Origin: Octopus vulgaris
Taxonomy: Eukaryota
Reading direction: 5' to 3'
NCBI GenBank assembly: GCA_951406725.2
Contig: OX597819.1
Location: 124,558,001 to 124,622,000 of the forward strand
Length of the DNA: 64,000 nt
Shown one piece after another: positions 52,654 through 64,000 of this stretch. A model generated the notes under the pieces. It was given only the letters and a program-made list of their open reading frames with translations, had not been told where the DNA came from and searched no databases. Numbering within the stretch: the first letter of the stretch is position 1; each line of letters opens with the position of its first letter. The position numbers were made by a program, and so were the translations under genes.

Positions 52654-52766
52654 GAATTCCATTTGGCTTTACAATTCTGGAATGGTTTGATACAATTTAC
52701 CCAACTTTGGATGAAAGCAATAAACCTATAGAGTGCATTCAAGAAGCTGGAGAAATCCTTTATTTG
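52654..52766 (+). CDS. JmjC-TPR gene exon, (G)IPFGFTILEWFDTIYPTLDESNKPIECIQEAGEILYL
   Basis: AAG acceptor and GTAAGT donor; 113 nt, phase 1 to 0. Contains the JmjC 'P-x-E-C-x-Q-x-x-G-E-x-L-Y' motif. Confidence 0.93.
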
Positions 52767-55700
52767 GTAAGTCTTTTACATTTCTAAACAAGCATCTTCA
52801 TGAGGGGAAGCATAGTAAAAGTGCTAAGTATAAATGTGTTTATATATATAAATATATATACATAACACATAAATCTACAAATGTGCATGACCACACACTA
52901 CATACAACATAACATTCTTCCAACCTAGCATCATAAGCTTATTCTTATTTACTCATTTACTTTGTTTCAGTCATGTGACTGTGGCCATGCTGGAGCACCG
53001 CCTTTAGTCGCAGAAATCGACCCCAGGACTCATTCTTTGTAAGCCTAGTACTTATTCTATCGGTCTCTTTTGCCGAACCGCTAAGTTATGGGTACGTAAA
53101 CACACCAGCATCGGTTGTCAAGCGATGTTGGTGGGGACAAACACAGACACACAAACATACACACACACACATATATATATATATATACATATATACGACA
53201 GGCTTCTTTCAGTTTCTGTCTACCAAATCCATTCACAAGGTTTTGGTCGGCCTGAGGCTATAGTAGAAGACACTTGCCCAAGGTACCATGCAGTGGGACT
53301 GAACCTGGAACCATGTGGTTGGTAAGCAAGGTACTTACCACACAGCCACTCCTGCTTACATACTTTGAACTAAGATTTTAAATGCTTTCTCTCTAACATC
53401 CAATCAAAATATTTTTCACTTATACCCAAATCCAGTCGCACTGACAACAGCATAATCATTCAACCTATGTGAGTCAATGAGGGAAACTTTACATGTCATT
53501 CTAGTTGCTAGAAACAACAACTAAATCCTTCTCAAATCTGTTACCTTCATCATTTAAACTGGCCATATCCAGTCAAAATTTTGAACACGCTTTATGTTCA
53601 AACTAGCCAGATTTGGCCCCTCACACCTACTCTACAATGTCATTCTAAAAATAAACTACCACATCATCAAACTCTTGAAGCTACAAGATAATCCATGATT
53701 AATTCAAAACAATGTGAATAAATAAGCATTAGATTTGACAGAGTAATCTTAATGCTAAAGGGTTAAACTCATTTCATTCTAAGAAACACTTTACATTTGA
53801 TTTCCTTCACGGAGTGGTTGGCGTTAGGAAGGGCATCCAGCTGTAGAAACATTGCCAGATTAGACTGGAGCCTGGTGCAGCCTTCTGGCTTCCCAGAACC
53901 CCGGTCGAACCGTCCAACCCATGCTAGCATGGAGAACGGACGTTAAACGATGATGATGATGATGATGAAGGCCTGCAAGGAACTTGTAAGTCATTCTACA
54001 TGGATTACAAGTTAGTTTTCCAGTAACAACCTGACTGTCTAGACTTGGCTGCTATTTGTCGCAAATTGAACAACTGTGCAACCAATTTATAGTTAGGTAG
54101 ATTGGATGATTTGAGAAGACATTTTGCAGTCTATCTATCTATTTATTTATTCTTTCAAACTCAGCATTAAGTTTGGTATGTGAAATAATTATTCGGCAGA
54201 TTTCAGTTCCCTTCGTTGATTCTTTCAAATTCTTTAGAAAAAATATTGTTGAATAACATATATTTATTACAAAGGACTGTGAGATTTGCTATGTATGACC
54301 AATCTGACCGTGGCCGTTGCCAGCCCCGCCTGGCACCTGTGCAGGTGGCACGTAAAAAGCACCCACTACACTCACGGAGTGGTTGGCGTTAGGAAGGGCA
54401 TCCAGCTGTAGAAACATTGCCAGATTAGACTGGAGCCTGGTGCAGCCTTCTGGCTTCCCAGAACCCTGGTCGAACCGTCCAACCCATGCTAGCATGGAGA
54501 ACGGACGTTAAACGATGATGATGATGATGATGATGACCATGGAAATAAAACTTATTTTCTGTTTGTCTTTATAGAAAATATTTCCATTTTTTTCTATTTC
54601 TATTTTACTTGTTTCAGTCATTTGACTGTGGCCATGCTGGAGCACCGCCTTTAATCGAGCAACTCGACCCCGGGACTTATTCTTTGTAAGCCCAGTACTT
54701 ATTCTATTGGTCTCTTTTTTGCCGAACCGCTAAGTGACGGGGACGTAAACACACCAGCATCGATTGTCAAGCGATGCTAGGGGGACAAACACAGACGCAC
54801 AAACACACACACATATATATATACATACATACGACAGGCTTCTTTCAGTTTCCGTCTACCAAATCTACTCACAAGGCATTGGTCGGCCCGGGGCTATAGC
54901 AGAAGACACTTGCCCAAGATGCCACGCAGTGGGACTGAACCCGGAACCATGTGGTTGGTTAGCAAGCTACTTACCACACAGCCACTCCTGCGCCTGTGAA
55001 TTAAATTAAATCCATGTGAATTAAATTAAATAAATTTTTTTTCTTTTTGAAATATCAATTTTTTACAGATTATAAAATATAGTTTGGGGATTTAATGATA
55101 CTGCCAATATTTTCCCTAAATAAAAAGTAAAATATTAATGTTTTCCTCTTTTTTTATTTATTTAATCTTCTGAGACTACATGAAATTGAAATACAATAAA
55201 TGCTTTGTTGATTCTGTCTGCTAAGAAGAGAATATGAATTTCAAAGTTAATACTGTTCTAAAGAAAGTGTTTTCTTAGTACTTAATGGTAGTAATACTTC
55301 CTAATGCTATTCTCATATGGAATTTCTCATTTGCATATTAGATAAGATGAAAGTCATTGTCTGCTGTAGACATATTCTTCAGATATGTCAGAATATAGAC
55401 ATAAAAATTACAATTGGAATATGCTGATATGGAAATCAACACAAAGCTCTATCAAGCAATTATGGCACTGCAAAACTAAGGAATTGCTGTGCTGATTTCA
55501 GTCCTCCTCCTCCTCCTCCTCCTCCTCCTCCTCATCATCATCATTTAATGTCCGTTTTCCATGCTAGTATGGGTTGGATGGTTCGACTGGGGTCTGGAAG
55601 CCATGGAGGCTGCACCAGGCTCCAGTCTGATTCGGCACTGTTTCTACAGCTGGTTGCCCTTCCTAATGCCAACCACTCAGTGTGTGTAGCGGGTGCTTTT

Positions 55701-56774
55701 TACGTGCCACCGGCACAGGGGCCAGAGCAGACTGGCAAACGGCCACGATCGGTTGGTGCTTTTTACGTGTCACCGACACGGACGTCAGTCAGGCGGCACT
55801 GGCATCTGTCACATTCGGACGGTGCTTTTTATGTGTCACCGGCACAGGTGTCTTAACTGCAATTTTTATTTTGATGTTGATGTACTGCATATAGTAAAAA
55901 ATATGAGATGAGGAAGATTTCTCTTTCATCAGGTTATTACTAAGAAACTGAAAATAATTGAAGAGGAAACATCTTAGCATTGTATGCGTTATTAAGGCTC
56001 ATTGGTGATGATGCCATGCAAACAGTACTGGTGCTGGTTCCATGTGAAAAGCACCCAATACACTATGGCATTAGGAAGGGCATCCAGCTGTAGAAACCAT
56101 GCCGAAGCAGATTGTGGAACCTGGTGCTGCTCCTGGCCTTGCCAGCTATTATCAAACTGTCCGACACATGCCAACAAGGAAAATAGATGTTTAATGATGA
56201 TGATGATGAATGTGGGGATCTGGCAGAATCGTTAGCATGCTGGATAAAATGTTTTGCGAAATTTAATCCATCTTTACATTCGGAGTTCAAATTCTGCTGA
56301 GGTTGGTGTTGCCTTTCATCTAGAAAATGACATATAATAGAAATATTAAAATTAAAATAACAATAATATACCGAAGATTAAGTAAATTGCAAAAAAAAAA
56401 AATTAAAACGTAATCCATGCTAGCATGGAAAGCGGATGTTTGATGATGATGATGATGATTTTATACGTTTTTATTATTTTTTTGCAATTTACTTAATCAT
56501 CGGTATATTATTGTTATTTTAATTTTAATATTTCTATTATATGTAATTTTGTAGATGGTGTAATTTAGTTGTTCATTTTGAATTGATAAAAGGTGTTTTT
56601 TTTCTAATTATATATATATGGCGGTGCCCCAGCATGGCCACAGCTCATGAGCTGAAACTAGAATCAATCAATCAATCATATATATATATATATATTATAT
56701 TTTGTGAAATTTGATTTAGTATTTCTAAATTGAATTTTTCCCTGTAAGTTAGGAATAATATTCCCTCAAATAAT

Positions 56775-56811
<37 letters not shown>

Positions 56812-57316
56812 GCTTATTTCAGTTTCTGTCTACCAAATCCACTCACAAGGCTTTGGTCGGCTTGGGGCTATAGTAGAAGATACTTGCCAAAGGTGACATG
56901 CAGTGGGACTGAACCCGGAACCATATGGTTGGGAAGCAAACTTCTTATCACATAGTCACTCCTACGCCTATATGTGTATATTTATATTGTTTGTTGGAAG
57001 GTGTGTGTGTGCGTGTGTGCAAGTGGCCAAATTTGAAACATTTGCTGTTTTAATGAAATTTCAGCCTTTCAGTGAATGGTTACAGTACAGAATAAGATAC
57101 TGTTGACTATAAATTTCTGTTATGTCTCAAGAGAGATATTAACCTTGTAATTTTATTCAAATCATTTTACAACAGACATGGTCTGTGTAGAGCAGAATAA
57201 CTCGAGTAGCTTAAGCATCTGGAATAGCTCTGTAATCATTAAACCATCCATAGCAACTTGTCAAAAACTAGAAGTCTTTTCAAAGTCATATCAGCTAGAA
57301 ACACTCAATAATGGGT

Positions 57317-57362
<46 letters not shown>

Positions 57363-57492
57363 TACAGCAAAATTTAAATTCAGATGAATATGGTACTTAA
57401 GTTAAAGGCACCAAATTTTTGTATGGTATTATCCATATAAATCAAATGGGGTGATTATAATCAAAATAAGCAACAAGTATATCTGAGGTAGA

Positions 57493-57578
57493 GTGGTACA
57501 ATCGTTTCATGCTACTTCATTTTATTAAACACTGTAAGTATTACATCAGTTTTAAAATGTCGAGCAATCTTCAGCCAC
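57493..57578 (-). ncRNA. Type I hammerhead ribozyme-like motif with long stem II
   Basis: Minus strand gtgg-CTGAAGA-ttgct...agcat-GAAAC-gatt-GTA-ccac. Confidence 0.55.
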
Positions 57579-58269
57579 ATATAGAATTTTCCAGTTAAAT
57601 GGAAAATGCACATTCTTATCTCTATTTCATTTGTTGGCAAATGAAATAGGGATAAGAATGTGCATTGTCCGTTTAATTAGAAAATTCTATATGTGGCTAC
57701 AGTGTTTAATAAAATGAAATAGCATGAAACAATTGTGCTACTCTACCTTGGATATCCTTGTTGCTTATTTTGATTATATATATATATATATATATGTTTG
57801 ACTGAGGACTGGCGAACCAGACAGCCGCACCAGGCTCCAATCTTGATCTGGCAGAGTTTCTACTGCTGGATGCCCTTCCTAACGCCAACCACTCCGAGAG
57901 TGTAGTGGGTGTTTTTTACATGCCACCGACACGGGGGCCAGTCAGGCGGTACTGGCAATGACCTCGCTCGAATCTTTTTACACATGCCACCGGTGATGCT
58001 GGTAACGATCATGCTCGAATGGTGCCCTTTTACGTGCCACTGGCACGGAAGCCAATTGGCTGCTCTGGCAATGATCACGCTCAGATAGTGCTCCTGGCAC
58101 CCTACTAGCATCTTATTGTGAAAGACTATTTATTTATACAGACAGCACAACATGGATGGAAACAGTGCATTAAACACAAGGGGTAAAGCTCACTTGATTT
58201 CAATTTTCATAATGTATACTGATATCATTTGTACTTTTTTTATATTTATTCTTTCTTTTTTGTTTATAG

Positions 58270-58372
58270 CCTGAGTCCTATTACCACAGCACACTCAATA
58301 TTGGTGATACAGTAGCAATTGGGATCCAGAAGAAAGAACCAGCCACCGAAATTGAAAAATTATTTTATGAAG
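58270..58372 (+). CDS. JmjC-TPR gene exon, PESYYHSTLNIGDTVAIGIQKKEPATEIEKLFYE
   Basis: Long pyrimidine tract + TAG acceptor and GTATTC donor; 103 nt, phase 0 to 1. Carries the distal metal-ligand His (P-x-x-x-x-H-x-T-L-N). Confidence 0.93.
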
Positions 58373-58450
58373 GTATTCACAGACAGCTAAATTTGTCAGT
58401 CTGTTTTCTGTTTTTTAATGTCAGCACCTCTGAAGAATTTTTCAGCTTAA

Positions 58451-58675
58451 CCCTTTCGTTACCAACCCAGCTGAAACCGGCTCTGGCTATGACTACAAAT
58501 GTCTTGTTTTCATAAGTTTTGATTTAAAATCTTTCACCAAACCTTAGTCACAATTTATGTTCCTAACACTAGCTGAATGGTAACTAAGTAATTTTACTGA
58601 ATTCTTTGTTATATTTAAAATTAATTGAAAGAAGAAACACAGAACATCTCAACAGAAATATGGTAACAAAAGGGG
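58451..58675. mobile_element. piggyBac-like MITE, same family as 20315-20535
   Basis: TTAA|ccctttcgttacc...ggtaacaaaagggg|TTAA. Confidence 0.7.
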
Positions 58676-59493
58676 TTAAACTGTAGTCTTCCAATAGTGG
58701 TACATGCATGCGTGCGCACGTGTGTGTGTGTATGCATGCACATATGTATGTATTCTGTATACTCATGCGTTTGTGTGTGTGTATGTGTGTGCTGCATGCA
58801 CACACAAGCACATGAATATGTAGAATACAGGCATTAGGAAGGGCATCCAGCTGTAGAAAGCCATGCCAGATCAGACTGGAGTCTGGGATGAGAGTGTTTA
58901 CACAGCTTGTACATTAACATTCAATAGAACAGAATGGAATTTGAATAAGGAAATGTTTGCATCTTGCCACATTCCATGACTGGTGAAAGAAGATTTAAGA
59001 AAATTCAATCAACGAGAAATTGTCTTGTAGCAGGAACAGAGATGGAGAAAACCGTAGCTAGCTGCAGGCAGTGTGTGAGAGGAAAAGATATTTCTTTATT
59101 GCCCACAAGGGGCTAAACATAGAGGGGACAAACAAGGACAGACAAAGTCGATTACATCTACCCCAGTGAGTAACTGGTACTTAATTTATCGACCCCGAAA
59201 GGATGAAAGGCAAAGTCGACCTCGGCGGAATTTGAACTCACAACGTAGCGGCAGACGAAATACGGCTACGCATTTCGCTCGGCGTGCTAAAGCTTCTGCC
59301 AGCTCGGAGAGGAAAAGAGGATGTTACCTGTCTGTGTGCATCTTTTATAGCTATGTAACGAGTGCCATCTAGTTGCTAACGATGTGACAGGGAAGATAAC
59401 TCTAGATGACTTTCATGAAAACATGATGGCACTGGATTCAAATAAGGTGGCCGACAATTTCGTTCTCTAATTTTGATCTGCTTTCCATTTCAG

Positions 59494-59613
59494 AATTGAA
59501 ATATCACTCACAGATTATAGAAGTCAAGAATCAGAGACTAAATTCAACTGAAAAAGAGTTTGTCATCAATAAACAAACACAGATTCAGGAATCTCTTCTC
59601 AAGCTACTCCCTG
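59494..59613 (+). CDS. JmjC-TPR gene exon, helical linker (E)LKYHSQIIEVKNQRLNSTEKEFVINKQTQIQESLLKLLP
   Basis: tttCAG acceptor and GTAACT donor; 120 nt, phase 1 to 1; open in the required frame. Confidence 0.75.
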
Positions 59614-60447
59614 GTAACTTCAAAATTTAATATTTCTCTTTTTTCTCTAATTTTCAATTTTTGTGTTTCTATAAAAAATAAAATGTTAAAAGTCTTAGAG
59701 TTTGGAAGATGAAATTCATGTAAAATTTTAAGCTTCTTTCATCCATTTATTGATTTACTTTTTTGATGATGTTGTCTTTGTGGCTTGAGCCATTATTCTT
59801 TCTTTGCTTGAATCCCATTTTGCTGTCTTTGAAAGGATGGTCATCATTTTTAAATAATTAAATGAATGAAAGATATATAAAGGCTTGATTTATATAAAAA
59901 CAACCATTAAATTGAATGATCACTCAGTAGTTTTAGTAGGGTGGCATGTAAAAAGCACCAACCGATCGTGGACGTTGCTAGCCTCGCGTGGCACCTGTGC
60001 CAGTGGCATGTAAAAGCCCCCACTACACTCACGGAATGGTTGGTGTTAGGAAGGGCATCCAGCTGTAGAAACACTGCCAGATCAGACTGGGCTTGGTGCA
60101 GCCTCCTGGCTCCCCAGACCCCGGTTGAACCGTCCAACCCATGCTAGCATGGAAAACGGACGTTAAATGATGATGATGATGATGATAGAAAAGGTTGATG
60201 GTAATGTCAAAGTTTTGACATTCTAGCTGTCATCAGACTCTCCCTCTCTCCTCTCTCTTCACAGACATATATGTGTGACAGAAACAAAGAGGAAGAGAGC
60301 TTTAGAGAGGCATCATCATTTTCATGTCCATTTTAACATGATTGCATGGATTGAACAGGTCTTATCTATTATAGTATCTCATATCACAGTTACTCGTCTC
60401 TTTTGTGTGGTTCAGCATCTTGAGATCAGTTCACATTATTTCTGCCC

Positions 60448-61025
60448 ATCAAAGTCAAAATCAAATTCGACAACTGGCATCTGTGCTAGCGGGGTGCAAA
60501 GAGCACCAAAAGAGCACCATACGAGGGTGATCGTTGACAGAGCAGCTAAACGGCTTCCATGCCAGGGGCACTTAAAAGGCACCATACGAGCGTGATTGTT
60601 ACCAGCGTCGCCTTACTGGCACTCGAGCCCTGTGCTAGTAGGGTATTAAGAGCACCATCCGAGCGTGATTGTTGCCAGAGCAGTTATCTGGCCTCCATGC
60701 CGGTGGCATGTTAAAAGACACCATTCGAGCGTGATCGTTACCAACGTCGCTTCACTGGCACCTGTGCCGGTGGCATGTGTAAAAGATTCAAGTGAGGTCG
60801 TTGCCAGTACCGCCTGACTGGCCTCCATGCTGGTGGCACATAAAAAGCACCCGCTACACTCTCGGAGTGGTTGGCATTAGGAAGGGCATCCAGCTGTAGA
60901 AACTCTGCCAGATCAAGATTGAAACCTGGTGCAGCCATCTGGTTCACCAGCCCTCAGTCAAATCGTCCAACCCATGCTAGCATGGAAAGCGGACGTTAAA
61001 CCATGATGATGATGATGATGATGAT
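60448..61025 (+). mobile_element. RTE-LINE 3' UTR copy
   Basis: Colinear with 11775-12322 and 44160-44637. Confidence 0.8.
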
Positions 61026-61413
61026 TATTTAACACACTCACCGGTAAAATTTCCACTTTTTTCTTATTTTTTTTTTATTTTAAAAAAAAAGAGAGTCAAA
61101 ACTATTGAAAAGGTTGCAAGACGCAACAAAAATTTTAGGACAATAAAAATAAGAAAAAAGTGGAAATTTTACCGGTGAGTGTGTTACATAATAAGGCACA
61201 AAAAGAAAATGACTCTCCCCCAGACACAACAGAATATGCACGAACTCACATAAAGAATCTTGCAAGCCAAATCCAAAAATGAAATGTAATTTTTGTTTTT
61301 ACATTTATTATGATAGATGACTCAGGGCAGAAAACCTTTGGGGATGAGCAATATAACTTACAACTTATGTATTCTATCTAATTATATGTATTTACTTTCT
61401 TTTTCGTTTTCAG

Positions 61414-61559
61414 CTAATACTGAAGTCCACTTGAAACTCTCTGAGATCTATTCCCTGGCTGGGAGATTCAATGAAGCCTTCAAACACAGCACCAAAGCCA
61501 TGGAGCTTGATCCTTTATTTGTTGTAGCTTATCTTACAATTGCCAACCAATTTTTTATG
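61414..61559 (+). CDS. JmjC-TPR gene exon, TPR-like (A)NTEVHLKLSEIYSLAGRFNEAFKHSTKAMELDPLFVVAYLTIANQFFM; gene continues beyond the window
   Basis: ttttCAG acceptor and GTTAGT donor; 146 nt, phase 1 to 0. Resembles the TPR consensus (L..IY...G.F.EA.....KA.ELDP....AY). Confidence 0.85.
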
Positions 61560-62103
61560 GTTAGTATTAATTAGTTCTCAATTGTTTTTCAGTAGGATTT
61601 AACACTAGTATCTCCTTCCCAGTCTTTGACATTTTAGAGTTTTCTATGGCATCTGTTCAAACAAATCCTCCTAATTAATACACTATAGAACCCTACTACC
61701 ATAATCAAGAAAGTTTCCTTTGAAGGAATTGGCCACGTATCTATCTCCAACAACCTTATTTCTATTCCAGCTCACATAAAACCCACAACAAGTAACGAAA
61801 CTGAAATATAGTCAACAAATGAAGAGGGGAAGGAGGCTATACTAATATGCTGGGCGAAATGCGTAGCCATATTTCGTCTGCCGTTACGTTCTGAGTTCAA
61901 ATTCTGCTTAGGTCGACTTTGCCTTTCATCCTTTCAGGGTCGATAGATAAAGTACCAGTTACGCACTGGGGTCGATGTAATCGACTTAATCCGTTTGTCT
62001 GTCCTTGTTTGTCCCCTCTATGTTTAGCCCCTTATGGGCAATAAAGAAATATATACTAGAAAGGTCTCAGAATCATAAAATCATTAGAAGACAATTTGAA
62101 CAG

Positions 62104-62840
62104 ATAATAGAAATATTAAAATTACTAAGTCTCTATAAAAGAGATTACGGCAGCGTTTACTGGAAATTAATTGTTATCGCCATATTAATATGGCATTCTT
62201 ATGGATATAAGAATAATCGCTGCCGCTGGTCAGCTCCATGAGGCCACCGCCTTAAGATAGCTATTGATACATTGACAAGGGGCAATACCCCGAAACGCGT
62301 CTGTAGCTGTCGGACTGGCAGTGTGAAGCGGCTGACCTCCCTTGTTCGAAGGTTATAATGGATACAGATCGTGTATCAATAGCTATCTTAAGGCGGTGGC
62401 CTCATGGAGCTGACCAGCGGCAGCGATTATTCTTATATCTATAAGAATGCCATATTAATATGGCGATAACAATTAATTTCCAGTAAACGCTGCCGTAATC
62501 TCTTTTATAGAGACTTAGTAATTTTAATATTTCTATTATTGAAAACAAGTGGATGTATTCCACTGAAACTAGGTAAATATAAACCTTCGAACAGAGACGT
62601 CAGTGGCGACACCTGCGGGGTCTGACTGCGCTACATTGACAAGGGGCAATACCCCGAAACGCATCTGTAGCTGTCGGACTGGCAGTGTGAAGTGGCTGAC
62701 CTCCCATGTTCGAAGGTTATAATGGATACAGATCGTGTATCAATAGCTATCTTAAGGCGGTGGCCTCATGGAGCTGACCAGCGGCAGCGATTATTCTTAT
62801 ATCTATAAGAATGCCATATTAATATGGCGATAACAATTAA
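62104..62840. repeat. Penelope pseudo-LTR-like cassette of inverted + direct repeats
   Basis: 62104-62271 is the reverse complement of 62372-62539; 62268-62477 is repeated directly at 62632-62841. Confidence 0.85.
62268..62305 (+). ncRNA. Minimal type I hammerhead ribozyme, U3-A8 core variant (second copy 62630-62671)
   Basis: taca-TTGACAA-gggg caata cccc-GAAAC-gc-GTC-tgta. Confidence 0.65.
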
Positions 62841-62918
62841 TGAACAGATAATGTCATGTTTCTAAACATATCGCTTCAATACATGTCATATTCATTTGTG
62901 TGTAATAATCTTAAAAAA

Positions 62919-63126
62919 TATTGTTGTATTTAGGACTGGTCATTTTGCCAGTTTAACCAATAAAAACACACGCACTATATATTTGGTGTTACTTTGCTTC
63001 AGCATTATTTACTTTTTACATTAATCTTAATCTTATTTCGGCTGAAGCAAAGTAACACCAAATATAAAGCGAGTGTGTTTTTATTGGCTAAACTGGCAAA
63101 ATGACCATTCCGAAATACAAGAATAT
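62919..63126. repeat. Foldback element with ~85-bp imperfect inverted arms
   Basis: ...ggtgttactttgcttcagc [~37 nt] gctgaagcaaagtaacacc... Confidence 0.8.
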
Positions 63127-64000
63127 CTGTTTCAACACACGATTTCACATCAAAAATCTTGCAAAACAAATATATAAACGTAATTTTTTTAAAGATTTCT
63201 AAACCTAAAAAATTAGAGATGCATATTATACATGAAAAACTAAATGTTAGCCATTTTCTGATTTCAATTGTGTTTACTCTTTTACTCTTTTACTTGTTTC
63301 AGTCATTTGACTGTGGCCATGCTGGAGCATGGTCATATTCCAGATAGTATCAGTTATATCCATTGTTCAAGCTAACTTATTTTTAATGAAGAGATCAGAT
63401 CATTTCAATAATGTTATATTTTTTTCATGTTAGTGATAATATATTAAGTGTTATCCATGCCAGAGATTGTATCATTCAAAATTGTTGGTTATCTTACACA
63501 TTAAAAAATAATTCAAAGATAGAATGTAAAACTGAAACAGCAAGATGATGAAATGTACTTAGTTACTGCTTATACGCTGTTGCATATTTCAGTTAGTTGC
63601 ATAGTTGGCATCCTTTTTGTCTCGGGAGACAATGGAGTTGCGCATAAAGTAGTCTAGTCCAGCTTTTACATTTCATGTCCTAATACATTTCCTGCTGTGG
63701 CTGTGTAGTCAGTTAGTGTATATATGCTAATACAGGAATTCTTAGAAGTTTGTATTTCTAACTCTAATCATCCAGTCAATGTATCATTTGATATATACAT
63801 GCAATATATATAATTTAATATGTTAAAATCATCTGGTACGTATGTGATTTAAATTAAAATATTACCTTTTATCTTTTTAGATAGTTTTGATATTATATAG
63901 TGCTAGTGCATGCATATATAGTTGCGTGCGTGTGCACATACATGCAAGTACTGTCCAAATCTCCAACTAATCACATACAGCTAGCTGGCATTCAATTGGC

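Noticed and set aside
61560-64000. Further or terminal exon of the JmjC-TPR gene
   Set aside because: No convincing phase-0 exon with TPR-like coding was seen; the gene probably continues beyond the window.

Overview
AT-rich, repeat-dense animal genomic DNA. The SINE/LINE families and microsatellite load look like an octopod cephalopod (inference). One spliced + strand gene spans the window. Seven coding exons (6128-6624, 24156-24234, 50773-50914, 52654-52766, 58270-58372, 59494-59613, 61414-61559) all have GT-AG boundaries and join in phase into 400 stop-free codons, open at the 3' end. The product has an N-terminal hydrophobic anchor, a JMJD8-like JmjC domain with an H-x-H...H triad, and a C-terminal TPR-like extension. 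The introns (up to 17.5 and 26.5 kb) contain two abundant tRNA-derived SINE families, RTE-type LINE fragments and their (GAT)n-tailed 3' ends, and Penelope-like, Tc1/mariner, hAT, Helitron and piggyBac-like remnants. The least obvious signal is a set of hammerhead-ribozyme-like motifs read by eye. These include a U3-A8 core variant in an inverted/tandem repeat cassette and a 167-bp satellite that appears to derive from such a unit. Almost all ORFs in the supplied track are repeat-derived. Repeat boundaries are approximate.
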